This document shows positions 25,961 through 40,849 of a DNA stretch of 64,000 nucleotides, one piece after another. A model generated the notes under the pieces. That model saw only the letters and a list, made by a program, of their open reading frames with translations. It made no database searches and had not been told where the DNA came from. Every line of letters begins with the position of its first letter. Position 1 is the stretch's first letter. A program made the translations under genes and the position numbers. The stretch comes from Haplodiscus bocki (lineage: Eukaryota), in contig OZ296649.1 in NCBI GenBank assembly GCA_965655095.1, positions 7,750,001 to 7,814,000 on the forward strand, read 5' to 3'.

Positions 25961-28900
25961 GAAACGGTCAAAAATTGTAAATCCTATTTTTTTACTTTGA
26001 ATCTGCGTTCCATCCAAAATCAGGGGTCTTTTAGTCAAAATTATCAGATTTTCTTCGATCACTACCTTCTCATCCCTTTTGGCGGCAAACATTGCAGTGC
26101 CATTGCGCTTCTTGTTTTATTTCTGTAATATCATTCGATGAAGACATTTTCTTAATGAACAGCCTGTGCGATTAAACTTGTGTACAATTTCAGAAACCAT
26201 GCAAAAACAGTTGAAAATTGTCATTCTTTTTTGGTTCGTAACTGAACTTCAAAAAAAATAATGCCAAAAGGATCAACAGTTGCAAACAGAACTTGGAGCC
26301 AATCGAAACAGGTCCAAACAAGGTGAGACAAAATTTAACGAGGAATTGACACTTGGAAAACGTCTCTTTTACAGAAAAGTCAACAAGTTTCCGGAAAACA
26401 AAACAATTTTTGTCTAACTTTCACGCGTGGGAAAAAATTTCGCGCTACATGCTGTTGAGCGGAGATGACCCAATTGTTAACAACATGATCAGTCGCTTTT
26501 TCCAGTATTCCATGGGATAGCTGCTCAGTGAATTTGGTGGCCAGAACAGGTGCATCTCTCAAAGAAAGTTGGGTTTTTGACGATTTTCGGCAGAAGTGAA
26601 CGCTTCTCAGAAACTTTCTGCTCTCCGAAAATCGACAAAAACAAAATATTGACATTAGAAGGACGCTTGGTTATTATATGGGAGCCAATTTGCCTTATGC
26701 TTCGAGCTACGCGGGCTACAAGGACAAGTTTTGTGGAAAATTCAATTTTCTGTTTTGAAAAATACTCGAGTTTGGGCAAATTTTCGGCTGTCAGAAGTTT
26801 TTTTCTAGTTTCTGACAATCCTTCGAAAGCATTAGAAAATCATTAGACCTCATTCAAGCAATGTACAGAGCCCCAAAAGGCACTGCTTGGAGGTACTACA
26901 GTTGCAAAATTACCGATTTGGTAGTAAAAGTTTCCGACATTTCAGGTTGTTTCGGTGGCAAAAAAAACTTTGAGGTGCAGAAACTTTGGAAAGTTTTTTT
27001 AGGCGAAAATGTAGCCTAGAGTGTTCTCGAGTAGAATCAAAAAAAATTTTCCGGTCTGTACTATGAGCGCTGAGATATGGGTGCTTTCGAAAAATTTGCT
27101 AACGATGTCATGAAATCTGCGGAAACAAAAAAAAAACAAAATTTCCACATAAAGGCATTCTCGTTTCACTCGAAGCCCTAAAAACAGTTTCTGGTTTTTA
27201 AAATATTGATAATATATGTCCTCTGTTACCTCTAACTTTGCCATGCTTATCAGTACTTGTCATAACTTATCCAACCAACTCTTATGATACATTATATGTC
27301 TACCATCAGACATTCAGTTGATCGTTACTCTGATACCTGACCATTCACCATCCACTTCAGACCTCCCTTTGGCAGAGCATTGAAGTAATAGTTAAACATT
27401 GAAAACCCTTTCTGCTCAATTATTATATCAGTTTATTAATCGTATTCATTTTTGTAAATGAATGAGTATCAAATTTATTTCAAGGTGAAAACCTCATTGT
27501 GTTTCTATATGTGCTGTGTGTAATATTGACATAACTTCCGTATACACTTATAAGTATGCCTGTAGTTGACACTTTTGATCAACTCTACTTGTGTAACAGA
27601 AACCTGCAACAAGCTCTGTTAACGTAACCGCGACGACAGACGATCCAGTTCACGGAAAATCTTTACCTGCCGGGACCACCGGTATTTTTGGTGTCCGACT
27701 ATCCGTGTTGGATTCCAGAGAGGATGAGCAATTGATCACATGCATCATCGACGTGACGTAACTCTTAGGCTCAGCCAATAGCTCCTGAAACATGAAGTTC
27801 TCCGTTTGTGTTTCACACATACTGCGTGTGAAAACTGAATTTGGAGTGAAATGGTATTTCTGAAGAAACATCTTTGAATTTTAGAGACCTCGTTCAAAAC
27901 AAAAATTCTGCCCCCGATATTTCCATTGCTTTCACTGTCGATTTGATAACGCACAATTCAAAAAAAGATCGAAATAACATTCTGAGATGTTAATTCAACA
28001 CGCTTGGCCTCAAATGAGTAGTTCTGAATCAGAAAGGTGTGAAATGTTAAACCCGTGTATCTGAAAACCACAACTCAAAGAATTAAAATGAAAGAGCCCA
28101 AGAACCTCTAAAAACCAGACGACAGACTGAAAATTTAGATGATACTCATATTTTCATGATGAGCTTTGCTCAACCAATGTCTCTTGAAAATCTTGTTTTC
28201 AGTATTTTAGCTATTGAAGCACGGCACTAAAAGGACTACTTTATTTTACAGATTGAAGTCTGAGCTAGAAGGCTGAACCTGGGTGTCGTGAGATTCACTC
28301 CAAAAGGTGATCGTCCTTCTCCTCCCAGAAACTATGACAGAAATAGGGAAATCAAATTTTCAGGATTACAAGGGGCCTGAAATTTTTCCTGTGGTTCTTT
28401 ACTTAGCTTCGCGATGTCCCAATTTTTGTGACGACTATTTTTCTGCTAAATAGCCCAAGGTTTCCGCTAAGAAATAAGGTCCATACCAGAAACAAATCAA
28501 CCACGTCCTTCCACGCGAGCCTTCTCTTACTCGATCTTTGTTTACCTGAGCTTCATCCTGAGCGATTCTGAGAGGTGATTTCAGAGCTACAACTTTGAAG
28601 CATTCAATTACGTTAGCTTTTACCCACTTCTGACAGAAATGACCTGAATAAATAGCAGTCTATGCAGGCCTGCTTGTAATCTTTTGAGATATTTCTCCCC
28701 TCGTAAATCACGTCGTCGTAATATTTGCATGTTCGAAAAACAAATAACGAAAGAATTGAGAAAAGAGAGCAACACTAGAAGAATAGCAGTGAAAACTGCT
28801 GCTGATTGAAGGAACAGAGAACATAAGACTGAAGAGTGAAGAATCATCGTAACGTCTTCGGTAAACTCGCAAAAGAAAAAAAACCCAGAAGAAACTGTGG

Positions 28901-31501
28901 AGAGTTCCTTTTTCTGCGTTTCTTGCTCACAAAAGCAAAAAACTTCCAGTTTTCCGTTTTTACCTCAAAGTTTGCATACGGTATCGGGACGGAAACGTCG
29001 CACAATCTGTTTTTCTACTTCAACTTGTATTCCTTGTTCAAGGGGAGCCTCATTACTTGAAGTTGGTTCACGGTACGCTTTTAGTTGCTTGCTAGCACTA
29101 AAAAATTATGAAAATGGGCCTTTGATTGAACATTTTCCGCCGGAAGAGAGGACTGAAATTAACAAAAAGGAAGAATTTGACCTTTCTAACCAGAAACAGA
29201 TCTAAAGGTTTCAGCCGGATCATATCCTGAGGATGATGGAGCCACAGAACCTCCAAAAAATCGCTTCTGAAAAATTTAAATTTTGAGTGAAAACTTGTTT
29301 ATAGATCCCTAGTTTTTTGAGACCCAATGTGTGCGCTTTTGAGCTAAGGTTCGAACTCACCGCGATTCATTTGACCTGGTACACCCGTTTTCATATAAAT
29401 TCGAGCGATAGTGGTTTAATATAAAAAACTCTGGACAATTAGCAAAAACGCCAACCTGAAATTTGTTTGAGTGCCGATTCTTGATCAGTAGGACCCTGTC
29501 AGAAGACGTGGAACAAGCAACTAGATCCTCAAAATATTGGTGAATCTCCGAAAGGTGCTAGCTAAGCTGCGAAAAGTTTTAACATCACGAGAGATGTCAC
29601 CAATGTCAGAAGCCAAATGCAGAACTAAAAAAACATTCTTCGCTATTTTTCGAACACCTGGAGACCTGTGAAACCCGAGTTTGACTGGAAGACTTTTTTT
29701 TAAGATTTGAGACTACTTAAAGAGTCCTTGAAGCTCAAAAACTTACTTCGGTAGGCCAGCCCATAGGAGGCCAAATTTCACCAAATAGTTGTCACCCATA
29801 GATACTTTTGTAGACTTTTGAATTTTTCAGGACCGAAATAACCCAATTTTTCAACCCAACTGGTAGAAAAAACGACAAGAAATGAGAAAAATCAAATGCA
29901 GAAGCTCTGAGAATTTTGACTTTTTATACCACTTTAAAAGCTTGGTTCACAGTCCCATTCAAAAACGAGAATCGCTACATTGATTTTTCGTAGTAACCCG
30001 AACTGTAGAATGTTTTCCCCGAGTTAGATTGTTAGATTTTGGTATTCGCTGGAAAACCGAAAGTTCTGAGTAAATTTCAAAAAACCACAGGTTGGCTCCT
30101 GGTGTCACTAGAAACTCAGGTTTTGTTTTCTGAGATTCGATTAACTAGCAGAACAATTCGGGATCTTCTTGAAGGCAACCTGAGCCATGCAGCTTGTTTC
30201 TCACCGTTCTAAAGTTCACAGAAGAAGCAGACGAAACTTAGTAGTGAGAAACTAAATTTGAGTATTTTTGAGTGTTAACAAAATGAAGATCATCTACATT
30301 CCATTTATTCTTAGAAGCGGAGCCCTATTTGCTGGTGAGCAGCAGAAACCAGCATTCAGGATTTTAGGAACGAAGATGCGAAATTTTTCAAGGCTGAAAT
30401 CAACAAAATTCAACCCTTTCGGACTTGCAAGACACAGTTTTTGCTTTTGGCAACATCAAGTGTCATCTATGGACGTCATTCATTATGAACAAAACGCCAA
30501 TTAGCAAGTTGACACCCTGCGAGACCTAGCACGAAAAACAGCATGTTAAAAAATTAAAAGTGCTCAAAAGTCAAAGACAGGAAGGAAAAAGTCAAAATTG
30601 ACGAAATAACAACGTTTCCTTATCCTGGATGATTGGATGTCTGAAAGAAATGAGAAATGTTAGAAACTGACTGCGGTGCTGAAGTTTTCATATTTTTCCG
30701 TTATGTGAGATAAAACTAGTCAGAGAACACCGACTTTTTATGCCTGTTACATCTTCCCACCCATCATCTTGTGCTGGAAAAATACTTTCCTTTAGCAGAC
30801 CGAGCTTTGAAGGTAGTGGACATCCAGGAAACAATTCAGCTAGCCCCATGCAGGCAAACCCAAATTAAAATGTTGTCAAAAGATCCGCAGCAGCCAGAAA
30901 CTGAAGAAACAAGTGAGCCCATTCCCTCTGCCAAAATTCAAGGAAGAATAGTAAATAAATCTTTCGAGGATGAAATTTGATCTAGAAGCCCTGAACAATG
31001 GGAGAAGTTGGCCCATGCACAACCTTGCAACAATGAATGCCCAGATGACGATTAAGGACGATAAAGATCAATGTCACACTGCACACGTCAAGAACTTGAG
31101 ATCAGAAGCTGCATTGTGAGCTACCTCAATAATGTCAACGACAACGCGGTTCAAAATCCGGACCAACTATGAAGCGAAATATTATGAGAACAACGGAAAT
31201 TTCAACAAGAAAATGATTCAATACTTAGCAGGGTGTGAAATTTTGACGAATTTTTTCGTAACACATAAGAACAAACGTAAGCTACGGAAAGGAAGGTCCT
31301 GCTTACCCGACAAAAGACAGATCACTTTCCAGTCTTAATGACAGTCCCAGGTCTCAACGCAGCCACTCCATTAAAATTCTGTTACCAATGCATCTGAACA
31401 ACTCTGAGTGTTCAACGATGTGATTAAGGCCAAAAAAACTAGAACCAAGTGTGGGAAGCCGCCAAGATCGAACCTAGCTCCCAACGGCCTGAATGCTAGA
31501 G

Positions 31502-31690
31502 TACGCTGTAAAACTGGCGCGTGCAACTTTACCTGCGATGGCCGCAAATAAACTGTTTCGCAGTTAAAATTACCCGCGGATGAAGGCAAAAATCTCCGCA
31601 GGTACCGATTGCCTGGGATTTCCTCGGGTAACTGGCGGAAATTTACCTGCTCCCGCAGGCAATTCACATGAAAATTTTATTGTTCGCGTT
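31502..31690 (+). repeat. Dispersed repeat rich in TTACCTGC subrepeats with a C(A/G)CTGT(A/G)AAA start; second copy at ~44602-44900; possibly a non-autonomous CMC/CACTA-like element
   Basis: cgctgtaaaactggcgcgtgcaactttac (31504) vs cactgtgaaaacggtgcaagcaactttac (44602); both end in gcaggcaa(t/a)tc(a/g)catgaa(a/t)ttt. Confidence 0.45.
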
Positions 31691-32504
31691 CGGGCGGATT
31701 TCTTCAAACCTAGGGACGTTTCCTTTTATCCAGTTCTAAACACTTTGACCAAAGTAACCACTTGTTGCCTTTGAAGTCAAGGGTGAACCCTTCAAAGTGT
31801 TGGACTGTCCCTTGCTGGCTCCTCAAACCGTTATCCAAAAAAACATCTGGCTGAAATTTTTTCACTTGCGTCAAAATGATCGGGAACTGGCTGTTGTCAC
31901 TTTTTCGGTTTTTTCACTCATACCGAGTGAAGGAAAGATATCCAGCAAAAGTAGGAGTTGGTCTTGAATAGCACTTGAAACACAGTGCATTTTCGAAGAA
32001 CACTACTGATTTTCTTGAAAAAAAACATAGAATTATAAGTAAAACGAAGAACGCGTTGCTTTTTCTAGAGGAAAATTTCCCTAAAAATTCGAAAATCCAA
32101 CTTCCCAGTCAAAGAGTGAACAAATGGTATTGAAGCGTTTCGGCAGGAGGTTTGTTAGGTCATTCAGAACTGAAGCAGCAAAAGACAGTTGGAGTTTCAT
32201 TTCACTTACAGAAAAAAGGGACCCAAATTCATGGAAACAAAATCTAAAGAGGAAACAACGGAAAAAAGAATCTTATTGGACTACATAAAAATGTAACATA
32301 AAGCAACTTGAATCTGAAATTGGTGAATTAAGGGCACAATGACCACTTTTATCCGATGCAGAAATTGTAAACTTGTCACTTCGAAACATTTTTTTCTTTG
32401 TTTAGGCATCATACTAGCTTTCCCGCGTGTAGTGATGATGAAAATCTATGATTACTTCTGGAAACCAGTTAGTCCATTTTCCACTTTTTAAAAATTACTA
32501 GGTT

Positions 32505-32770
32505 TTTGTTGCTCCACTCCGTTTACTGTAATGTTTCTATTCTGATAGATGTTAGTGGACGCAGCTAAAGTACCTGTCAACGGTGGCGCTGCCTAGGAAG
32601 AAAACGTGTTCCTGGCCTGCAAAGACCAGAAAAAAACTTGACTTTTTCAAGATGCATACATCCTTTGGACCTGGTGCTCAAAAGTTGTTAAGACATAAAT
32701 GAAGGAAATTGGATACAGCTTCCTTTCATTTTCGCTGTGTTGGTGAAAATAGTTGCATTGTTAGTTGGAA
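32505..32770 (+). repeat. Dispersed duplicated segment, second copy ~38285-38550
   Basis: Shared anchors ccactccgtttactg, atgcatac, gacctggtgctcaaa and aatgaag in the same order and spacing. Confidence 0.75.
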
Positions 32771-35162
32771 CGAGTCTTTTTTATCTGTGGGTCACGTTTC
32801 AGGTTGAAGTTCTTTCTTTCACTCTTGCGGAAACGTTTGAAAACAGATTCGAAAACAGATTTTACCACGAAAATGTTCAATTTGGATGTTTTGGCTAAAA
32901 TACATCTGGGTTCATTAGCGTCATGTCTGATTGGATTGAATTGTCCAAAAAATGCGTTTGGTACTGTTCTGAAAACATCAAAGATTTTCTATATATAGTT
33001 TAAGGGTTTTTCTGGTCTCTTCTCCAAATTAGCCTGTACTTTTTGAACCATGTGGTTTTCTAGTATCGTTTGTTGAGCTCTAGTGATGCACTTCAAATTT
33101 AGTCTTGTGTACGGGCATTTCTATTTCTCGAAAACAAAAACAGTTTTTTGACATGTTTATTTAATTTGGCACGGTTGCGTGGGAGCAGCTTTTCCAAACG
33201 TCGGAAGACCATTTTAAAATGAAAAGTTGCACTGACAACTTTTATGGCACACGCTGACGAAAAGACGTAGATTTTCCATCCAATTTTTCTAAAATTTGCT
33301 AAATCTTGTTACACATATACTTCCTGAAAAGTGTATTCTTTGAATTTGCCGATGCGAAGTTTAACTGAGACACAAAAATGCAAAAACTTCCACAGAAAAG
33401 AGAAGAACATGCTTCTCAGCTAATTTAGTTCATTGAGAAACTTGAAAATAGCCAAATTTCGCAGCTTGTGTTGCTTTTCTTTAATTTTGTGCTTTCGCAT
33501 TGTGGTAGTATCCGAAACTGGCTCTGGAAGTGGAGCTCGAACAAGAACGTTGTCACTATCACTGCCAGCTTTCATTAAAGTAGCAAGAAGTTCCATCGAA
33601 AAGAAACTGTTCTGAAGAATGAATTTTTTAAAAAAGCGATGCTGTGACCTAACTTTGACTGAATGCGTTGTTGATAAACGGACTACAATGGCAATTGGCT
33701 GAACTGTCGCAAAAAAGGCCAAATTGAGGTATTTGGCAGAAATTAAGAGAACATACGCGTTGCTTTGTTTGCAGGTTCGAGCAAAAATTATCGAATTCAT
33801 CTCAGCTGAAAAAATATCATATGAACTCAGGTCTAAAGTCAGGTTTTTTCCAACGATAGCAAAAACATGTCACAGAGAATAACTGACCATAGTTGCATGA
33901 AGTACCTGGAATTGACAGGACAATTTTCATTGAACCAAAACTAACGTACACATCAACATATGGCAAAATTATGCCCCTTGAAACTTTTGCCTTGGATTGA
34001 ATCTAACATTTCATGTCTTCCAAAATTGCTCGTGATCTGCCATGCATCAACAATTTTTTCTATCAATCCTTGACTGGAACACATCTTCAGATTGTTTTCA
34101 TTTGTTTGATAGTCCAAACTGTTTGATTGGATTGATTTATAGCAGTCATCATGACTCCTTAATAACTGACCCCTCCATTAGAAGTAAAGAGAAAAAAAAC
34201 TGTTTGTAATTGCCTATGCTCTTTTTATGACATATGGAGGATTTCAATTGAAACTAAACTTTGAAATGATTAACATTCATCACATGATAAAAAAATTTTT
34301 TTTTGAGTGATATTGATATCGCCACACCTGTTCTGCCAAACAGTGAAACGTCAACCGGTGACTTTAGGGAGAAATTGCCTCCCAAAGTCTTCTGTTCAAC
34401 GACGATTTCGTCCAATCAATTAATGTTTCCTTGATGACCCGTGAAAAGTGATTAATCCTTCGGAACAATCACCTACAACTTTTAAAATCGAACACGGTTG
34501 AGTGTTGATGCTCGCAGAATGGATGTTCAAGGTGAAAAGTTAGTCATTTTCAAATTTGAATTGACTTCCTTACACATCACAAGTAGCAAAATCAACTGCT
34601 ATGCCCTTGTCGTTCACTGAAAATAATTGAAAGCGCAATTTTTGCTCTTACACCGTCCACGAATTTTATGTTTTTGAGTTTAAAAGTCTTTGTACGGCAA
34701 ACAGAAAGGCATATGATTGTTTTTCTCGTATCATCCTTCTTAACCACTTCTTTCACTTGGAGCTGGGAGCACAATTTTTCAACCGGTTTTTTCAACTTTG
34801 ATCACAAATTTAGTTTCTTTGTCCGTAAATTTATTCAGTCGACGGTATCTGGGCTGACCTGGCGCCCGGTAGGCCTGGCACGCTTTTCGACACCGCGTAT
34901 CCTGAAGCCGCTTTGTAGGTAATCGTTTTTTGGGGTTTTCGTGGGATTCTTTTTGCTGACGGTGTGGTGCGCATGAAGTTACATCTAAAGAAAAATATCT
35001 AACTCCACTTCGCAAAGGTGTCCCAGGACAAGCCATGCTGACGCAGTGTCCGAGTGAATTGAGTTTTTTAAACCATTCCTTGGGCTCTTTTTTTCGATTC
35101 AAGAAAAAAATTTTAGGGCTTTGATTTCCAGAATTGAAAGTCTCATCTCGGATTAAAGATCG

Positions 35163-35305
35163 TGGAATAAAGTCTAAGGAAGGAATACTGTTCAATAGAA
35201 TAGGATCTAAAATTTTGACATGGTAAGTTGCAAAGTGGTGGAATAAGGTCCAATGTAGAACAAGATCTAGTGGAATAAAAGGAGAACGGAATAGTATCTA
35301 AAGGA
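35163..35305 (+). repeat. Minisatellite, ~16-17-bp unit (GGAATAAGRTCTAA-like)
   Basis: ggaataaagtctaa, gaataggatctaa, ggaataaggtccaa, gaacaagatctag, ggaatagtatctaa in succession. Confidence 0.7.
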
Positions 35306-38300
35306 AAAATCAATCAAAATCGGTAATAGTATCAAAACCTAAGATGCCCAGATCTAAGCAAATTACATGCGCTCGCATCTTCAAACCACCTATCATAACG
35401 TACTGAGACAAGCATTTCAAAAATCAAATTGTTCCAAAGGCACCAAGTAACAACTTCCGAGCAGACACCGCGAAAATCTGTTGTTCTCAAACCGAAACTC
35501 TGCTGCCGGCCAAAACTCAATCTGCTTCTTTCTGAGTTTTGAAACTTTCCTCGGATAAAATTTCAAGTTATTGATTTCAAATCAAAAATTATGCTCCTTA
35601 ATCAAAAATTAACGAATCATGAATCAATTAGAATTTTTTTGAGCTCATTTTTCCTGTAGTATTTCTGTATGTCAAAAATTTTAGGCACGTTTTCTTGCAT
35701 TTTATGGGCAGACGGGACTTTTTAGGTTGTTGTGTTATGAAATTGAGAGGATAAACAAGACATTTTCTAGTCTACTCAATCTGCTGTGAATGGTAACTTC
35801 TGCCATTTCTGCTATTCTCTGCTTGCAGCAGATTTTTGTGGTGTCTTATTCCAAGCCTAGTGAGAGCACGCATACTGCCCTCAAAGAGAGCGGAACGGAC
35901 GATGTGTCAGTGCCTAAGGCACCGGTTTCAGTACTGATTACTAATTTAAGTTAGCTAAATTGTTTTCGGACTTGTGCAACCAAAATTTATTTTCGGACTT
36001 ATGAATAGACCCCAGCTAGTGCTTTTGTTTTGGGTTTTTTTGTCATTGGCAAACACTTCTACCAGATTGACCGATTAACTTTTCAATCGTCCAAGACATT
36101 TAGAAGATCTGTTTACGTTTTTTTCGCTTCGAAGTTACTATTATCTCACTGAATGGATACAGAAGGTGAAAGAATGTTGGGACGACCTGATGAACTCACT
36201 CGCTTCCTTGTTTCGGCATGATCATTATGACGCTATAACCGGTTAATACAGATTCTGATGTTTCAGACGGTTTTTCTCGAGTGTGTATCTTATCGCCCTT
36301 TTTGAAAACTTCCTTTTTTACATATTCTTTCTAGATACTTTGTATGAGGGGGTGCCGCTCCGTGCGACGGCTCAATTTTGGAAAATCATCAATTTCCGCT
36401 GTATAGCTCCAGAAGGAAGACTCGTGATTTATCTGGACGAGCCTTCGACGGTGATTTTTTACCATTTGATTCAAAACAATCGATGTGGTTATATAGTCAA
36501 TACGATGCCCTAATCTATAAATCTTTCCTCCACTTCCTGATGTCTGATATTTTTTTTGTTTAATATATTGGACAATTATTGTTACTGTCAGGAGGCTCCA
36601 GAGCTCACATTGCTGCGTGATTTTTAACTTCCCATACTTGAGTAAGTGCTCCCTGGAATTTTTTTTCCATGAATACTGAATACTGGCTCTGTTTTGTACG
36701 GTCCTATTGTTGTTTTAAGATTTCTCCCTGTGTTTTGAATTGATGTCATAAAAATTTCTGGAGATTTATCAAATAATTGAAGCAATTGCAAATAATGCCA
36801 TAATTAATCAATTATGAGGAGGTATATACAGAACCAAATTTCGTGTGAAGGGGTCTGTTGGGGAGGGGGTCATAAAACGTAAAGATTAACGTCCAAATCC
36901 ACTTCGGGAATAATTTCCTAGCTCGTAGTTACGATTGATACAAGAAATAAAGTTATAGATTAGCTAAGAAAATCAGCCAAAGAATTCGTCCAAAAAAAGT
37001 TTTTCCCTAGAAAGCTAAAAAATGTTATCTCCTTAAGTTCGGCGACTATGGCAACACTTAGTTCTTCAATTTCCCTAAATTGAACGGCCACTTAGAGGTT
37101 AGCTGTCACCAGAGAAGCGTTCTTTGTGATTAGCGTGTAATACACGATTGAAAACAATTCATGTGCATGTATCTTGATGCATTGGATTTTTGATTCGATG
37201 AAACATTCCACAATCGATTACTTGTTTATTTTGTTTGAGGTTCCCTGTCTTATTGGTAATAATCATATGTTTTGGATATGAATTCCGTTCCGTAAATTCA
37301 AATCTTAAAATTGTTTTGAGTTGTACAACTCACTTTTTGTATGAATGTCGTTTTTATCTTTGTTTACGCAGTGCAGTATCTATCAACTGAATGGAGAACT
37401 GATGAAAAGCAGTTAGGAGACCTGGCAGTCAAGTCTGAATTTTGTTGAAGTTTCACAACGATTGAGAAAAACCTGAGTAAACAATATACGTAGTCTCTGT
37501 CAAACTCTACGCTGCAGAGTTTCGGTGTTGGTGAACCATGACCGACAAAAAATGCCGTCTTGTTCGAATGTTTCCAGAATTTCTTTTTTGAGAGAATTCA
37601 GAAAAATGTTGCAATTATTAGGTTTCTTTCAGAGCGTGGTTTATTTTGTGTTGGACGACATCTGATGATTGCAGATTTTTGTATATGTGGAAACTTGAAT
37701 CCATTATCCATTTCAGCAATAGATCAGGTCAAACGTTTAGGCATGAGCAGCGTTCAGAATAATGGTGGTGTCATGAAAAATAAAGGATTTCGGACAACAT
37801 CCGACGGAAACCAGTCATTTACAAGCTCAAAGTTCATCAGTCGGTCACTGAATTTCAGTTTTATAAATTGTCTGCAGTTGTTGCATTCACATAAAACGCG
37901 CCAGGTAAATCGATCTTATTCATTATATCAGTTTGTATATAACCAATAGTCAAATTCCATTGGTCCACGTTCGCGTTCTCGAGTGACGTGGATATCGTAT
38001 TTGAAACATTCTTTGAACAGATTGGCATGATCCTGTATGTATTATGTTTTTGGTAATGTGTTTTATGTTTCGATATTCTGGTGTGTTCTTTAAATGTGCC
38101 CCTACTTTTTAGCCATAAGATTTTCTAATCGCGATTTATGAGCTTCAGCAATGCAATTGAAATTTCCTACCTATGTCAGGGTGTCTTTCAGTGTAACTTA
38201 TACCGCAAGTAATCATGAAATAACTACTAATACTTCTGAAAACCATATAGTCCTTTGTCCCAGTTTTCTTTATCTTAGCTGTCTGTTGACGTTCCACTCC

Positions 38301-40849
38301 GTTTACTGCAATAGTTGTGTTTTGAGAAATGTTAATGGAACCTTTTACTGAACCTGTTTGGTGGTGGCCTCGTTGGTGCCGGAAATGTTTGTCTGGTGGG
38401 CGGAAACTAGAAAAAAAATTGAACTTTTTGACATGCATACAAAGCATTGACCTGGTGCTCAAATATTTTTCAGACTTGAATGAAGTAATCTGGCTAGAGC
38501 ATCTCTTTTACTTTTTTATATTGATGAGTATAGTTTTCTCGGTTGTTTGTATATTTGTTGGGTTTAAGAACAATATTGGAAGAAAGCTATTGCACAGTTG
38601 ATGACATTTCAATTATCAGTAGAGAAACGAAAAGCCATTTAGTCAACCAAGAAGAGCTTGGCTGTTAGCTTTGTGTGGAAGAATTCAATGTTTTGATAGT
38701 TATGTATAATCAAGGAAAGGATCCAACTCTGAGTCTTCGTTTCCTGGGGCTAATAGGTAACCTCACATCCAAAGAAAAAAATATCAAAGACACGTTTCTG
38801 TCGCACAGTGTTTCTAACTTTTGGATTGATTGGAAAAACTTATCAAAGCATCACATAAAGTCTCGGGTTCGAGTACTCAGGCTTAACTGTGCATCATGAA
38901 AAGGTGTAACAATGACAGCGCTTTGAAATTCAGAATTGTCATTGAAATGAAAACAATACACTCGAACAACACGATATACCTAAAAGTGACATTATAACAG
39001 CTACGCCACACTAGATAGCTACTTTTTGAACATTGCAGGACGTATTTTGGAGTGATGATATCAATTTATTCAACAGCGTAGAAGCTGCAAGCCATATGAT
39101 AATCCGAAAAAAAAGCTGGATGTTGGCAACATACGGAAAACGTCAACCTTTTTATAATTAGGTGTGTAAAAAAGGAAGCCAACTCGGGGTCTACATTCCC
39201 TGTGCCTCAAAGGTATCTACTGTTCAAGTCAGGCACTTATCAAAGACTTTTCTCAAGTTTGCAATTAATCAGATTTTTGCTTCAAAAAAAGAAAGATTTT
39301 GAATTCGATAAAAGGAGTTACACGTTAGTTACTGAGCAGTCCCCAATACATTCTTTGGGAAAATCAATTTAAGCATCGACAAAATAAGACAGTTGACGAT
39401 TTCAGAGCCACTACATTCGAGCAACAAAGCGAAGCCAAATGAAGAAACCGGATATCGAACGTAACCTCCACTCAAAGATGGTGAGGAGAAGCTAGATAGA
39501 TTTGATAGATATACTCTGATACATGATATCAATTCTATTTCTATTGGAGCTGAATTCAAATGATAGTCCGAAATATGTTCGGATGTTGGTATTTTACTGA
39601 AAAGTTCAAGTTACTGAAAAAAAACAACTTCAGGTTCTGACTCTTGGAGGCTCATGAGTAATCTTTGTTTTGTATAAGCACTAATCACAAACGCTTTTCT
39701 AGGTTGAAGCATACTTTTGCATTTTGAAGAGAAAAAAAAAACAAAATTCAGTGCATTATATGAAGTAAAATCTTTAATATTTAAGCCCTGAACATTTATC
39801 ATGAATAGGAGCTTCATTAAGAGAATCAACAAATCAGACAAGTAAACGAATCGGTCTTCAACCCTGTAGTATAACAATATTTTTTATTCCGTTGGATCAC
39901 TAATTCTGGAGGTATTCCTGTCGTGCAACTCTTTGGATACGGATTTGAACGACAGAAAGTTTTTGATTGCAGAGACTGAAATTACTTTAATTTGGTTGAG
40001 TATTTTGGGTTGCCTCTGTAGTATGTTTAGGAAAATCGTTGAAAGCTTAAAAAATATTAGACAAGTAAAGTTATCGAAACCACAACAGAGCAGATACAGT
40101 AACGCAACAAAGGTAAAAAGAACGTAACAGCTACACCGCGACGTTGCTTATCAGAAACACAAAATCCTTACTGTTGTACACGGAATCGGATTTTAGATTG
40201 GAAAGAAATGGCTTCTTACTGCAATAAATAAAGTTACATGTTAAATACTAACGGCTTTTTGTCTGTAGTCGATGAGTAAACCTTTGAAGGCATCAATAAC
40301 AGGACATATTTACAGGAATCTCAAGTAAAACAATCAAACAGCAAAGCGGATACGAACGCAACGACGGGATAACTAAGGCAATCGGTTCAGCACGATGGCT
40401 TGAACATGCTGCATCTTTGGAAAACAAACCTTCGATCGCTGATGTTTCGTCAGATTTCGTTGTGATTCTTAACAGCCAAAAAGAAATGAAACATTTCCGA
40501 GGTCACGATTTTTGAGCGCTAATTGCTTTTTTGAACGTATTTGCATTTTAGATTTGGACTGTTAAGATAAACAAAATAAGCAGCTAGATTTTCCAACCGT
40601 AAAGATACCTTTCGTTGAAAGTAGACTAAAGAAGTGGTTCGCAGCCCAAAAATGGAAACCATGTCATTTTTCAACACCCTAACCACGATGACGAAGGAAA
40701 AATGGAAAACGCAAATTGCTTCTTGCTATGCGGTGTAATGGAGCTAAAATAAGAAAGTGTGGGTGGCTCCGATCGCCGATGGTGCACACCATAGGGCAGA
40801 CCGCTCCGAATTACCATATGGTCTGATTCATTTTTCAAAAACGTGAACT

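Noticed and set aside
28000-40800. Further retroelement or host-gene remnants (e.g. RT-like traces near 32450-32540 minus, exon-like pieces 35850-36600)
   Set aside because: Too decayed to assign by eye; would need translated profile searches.
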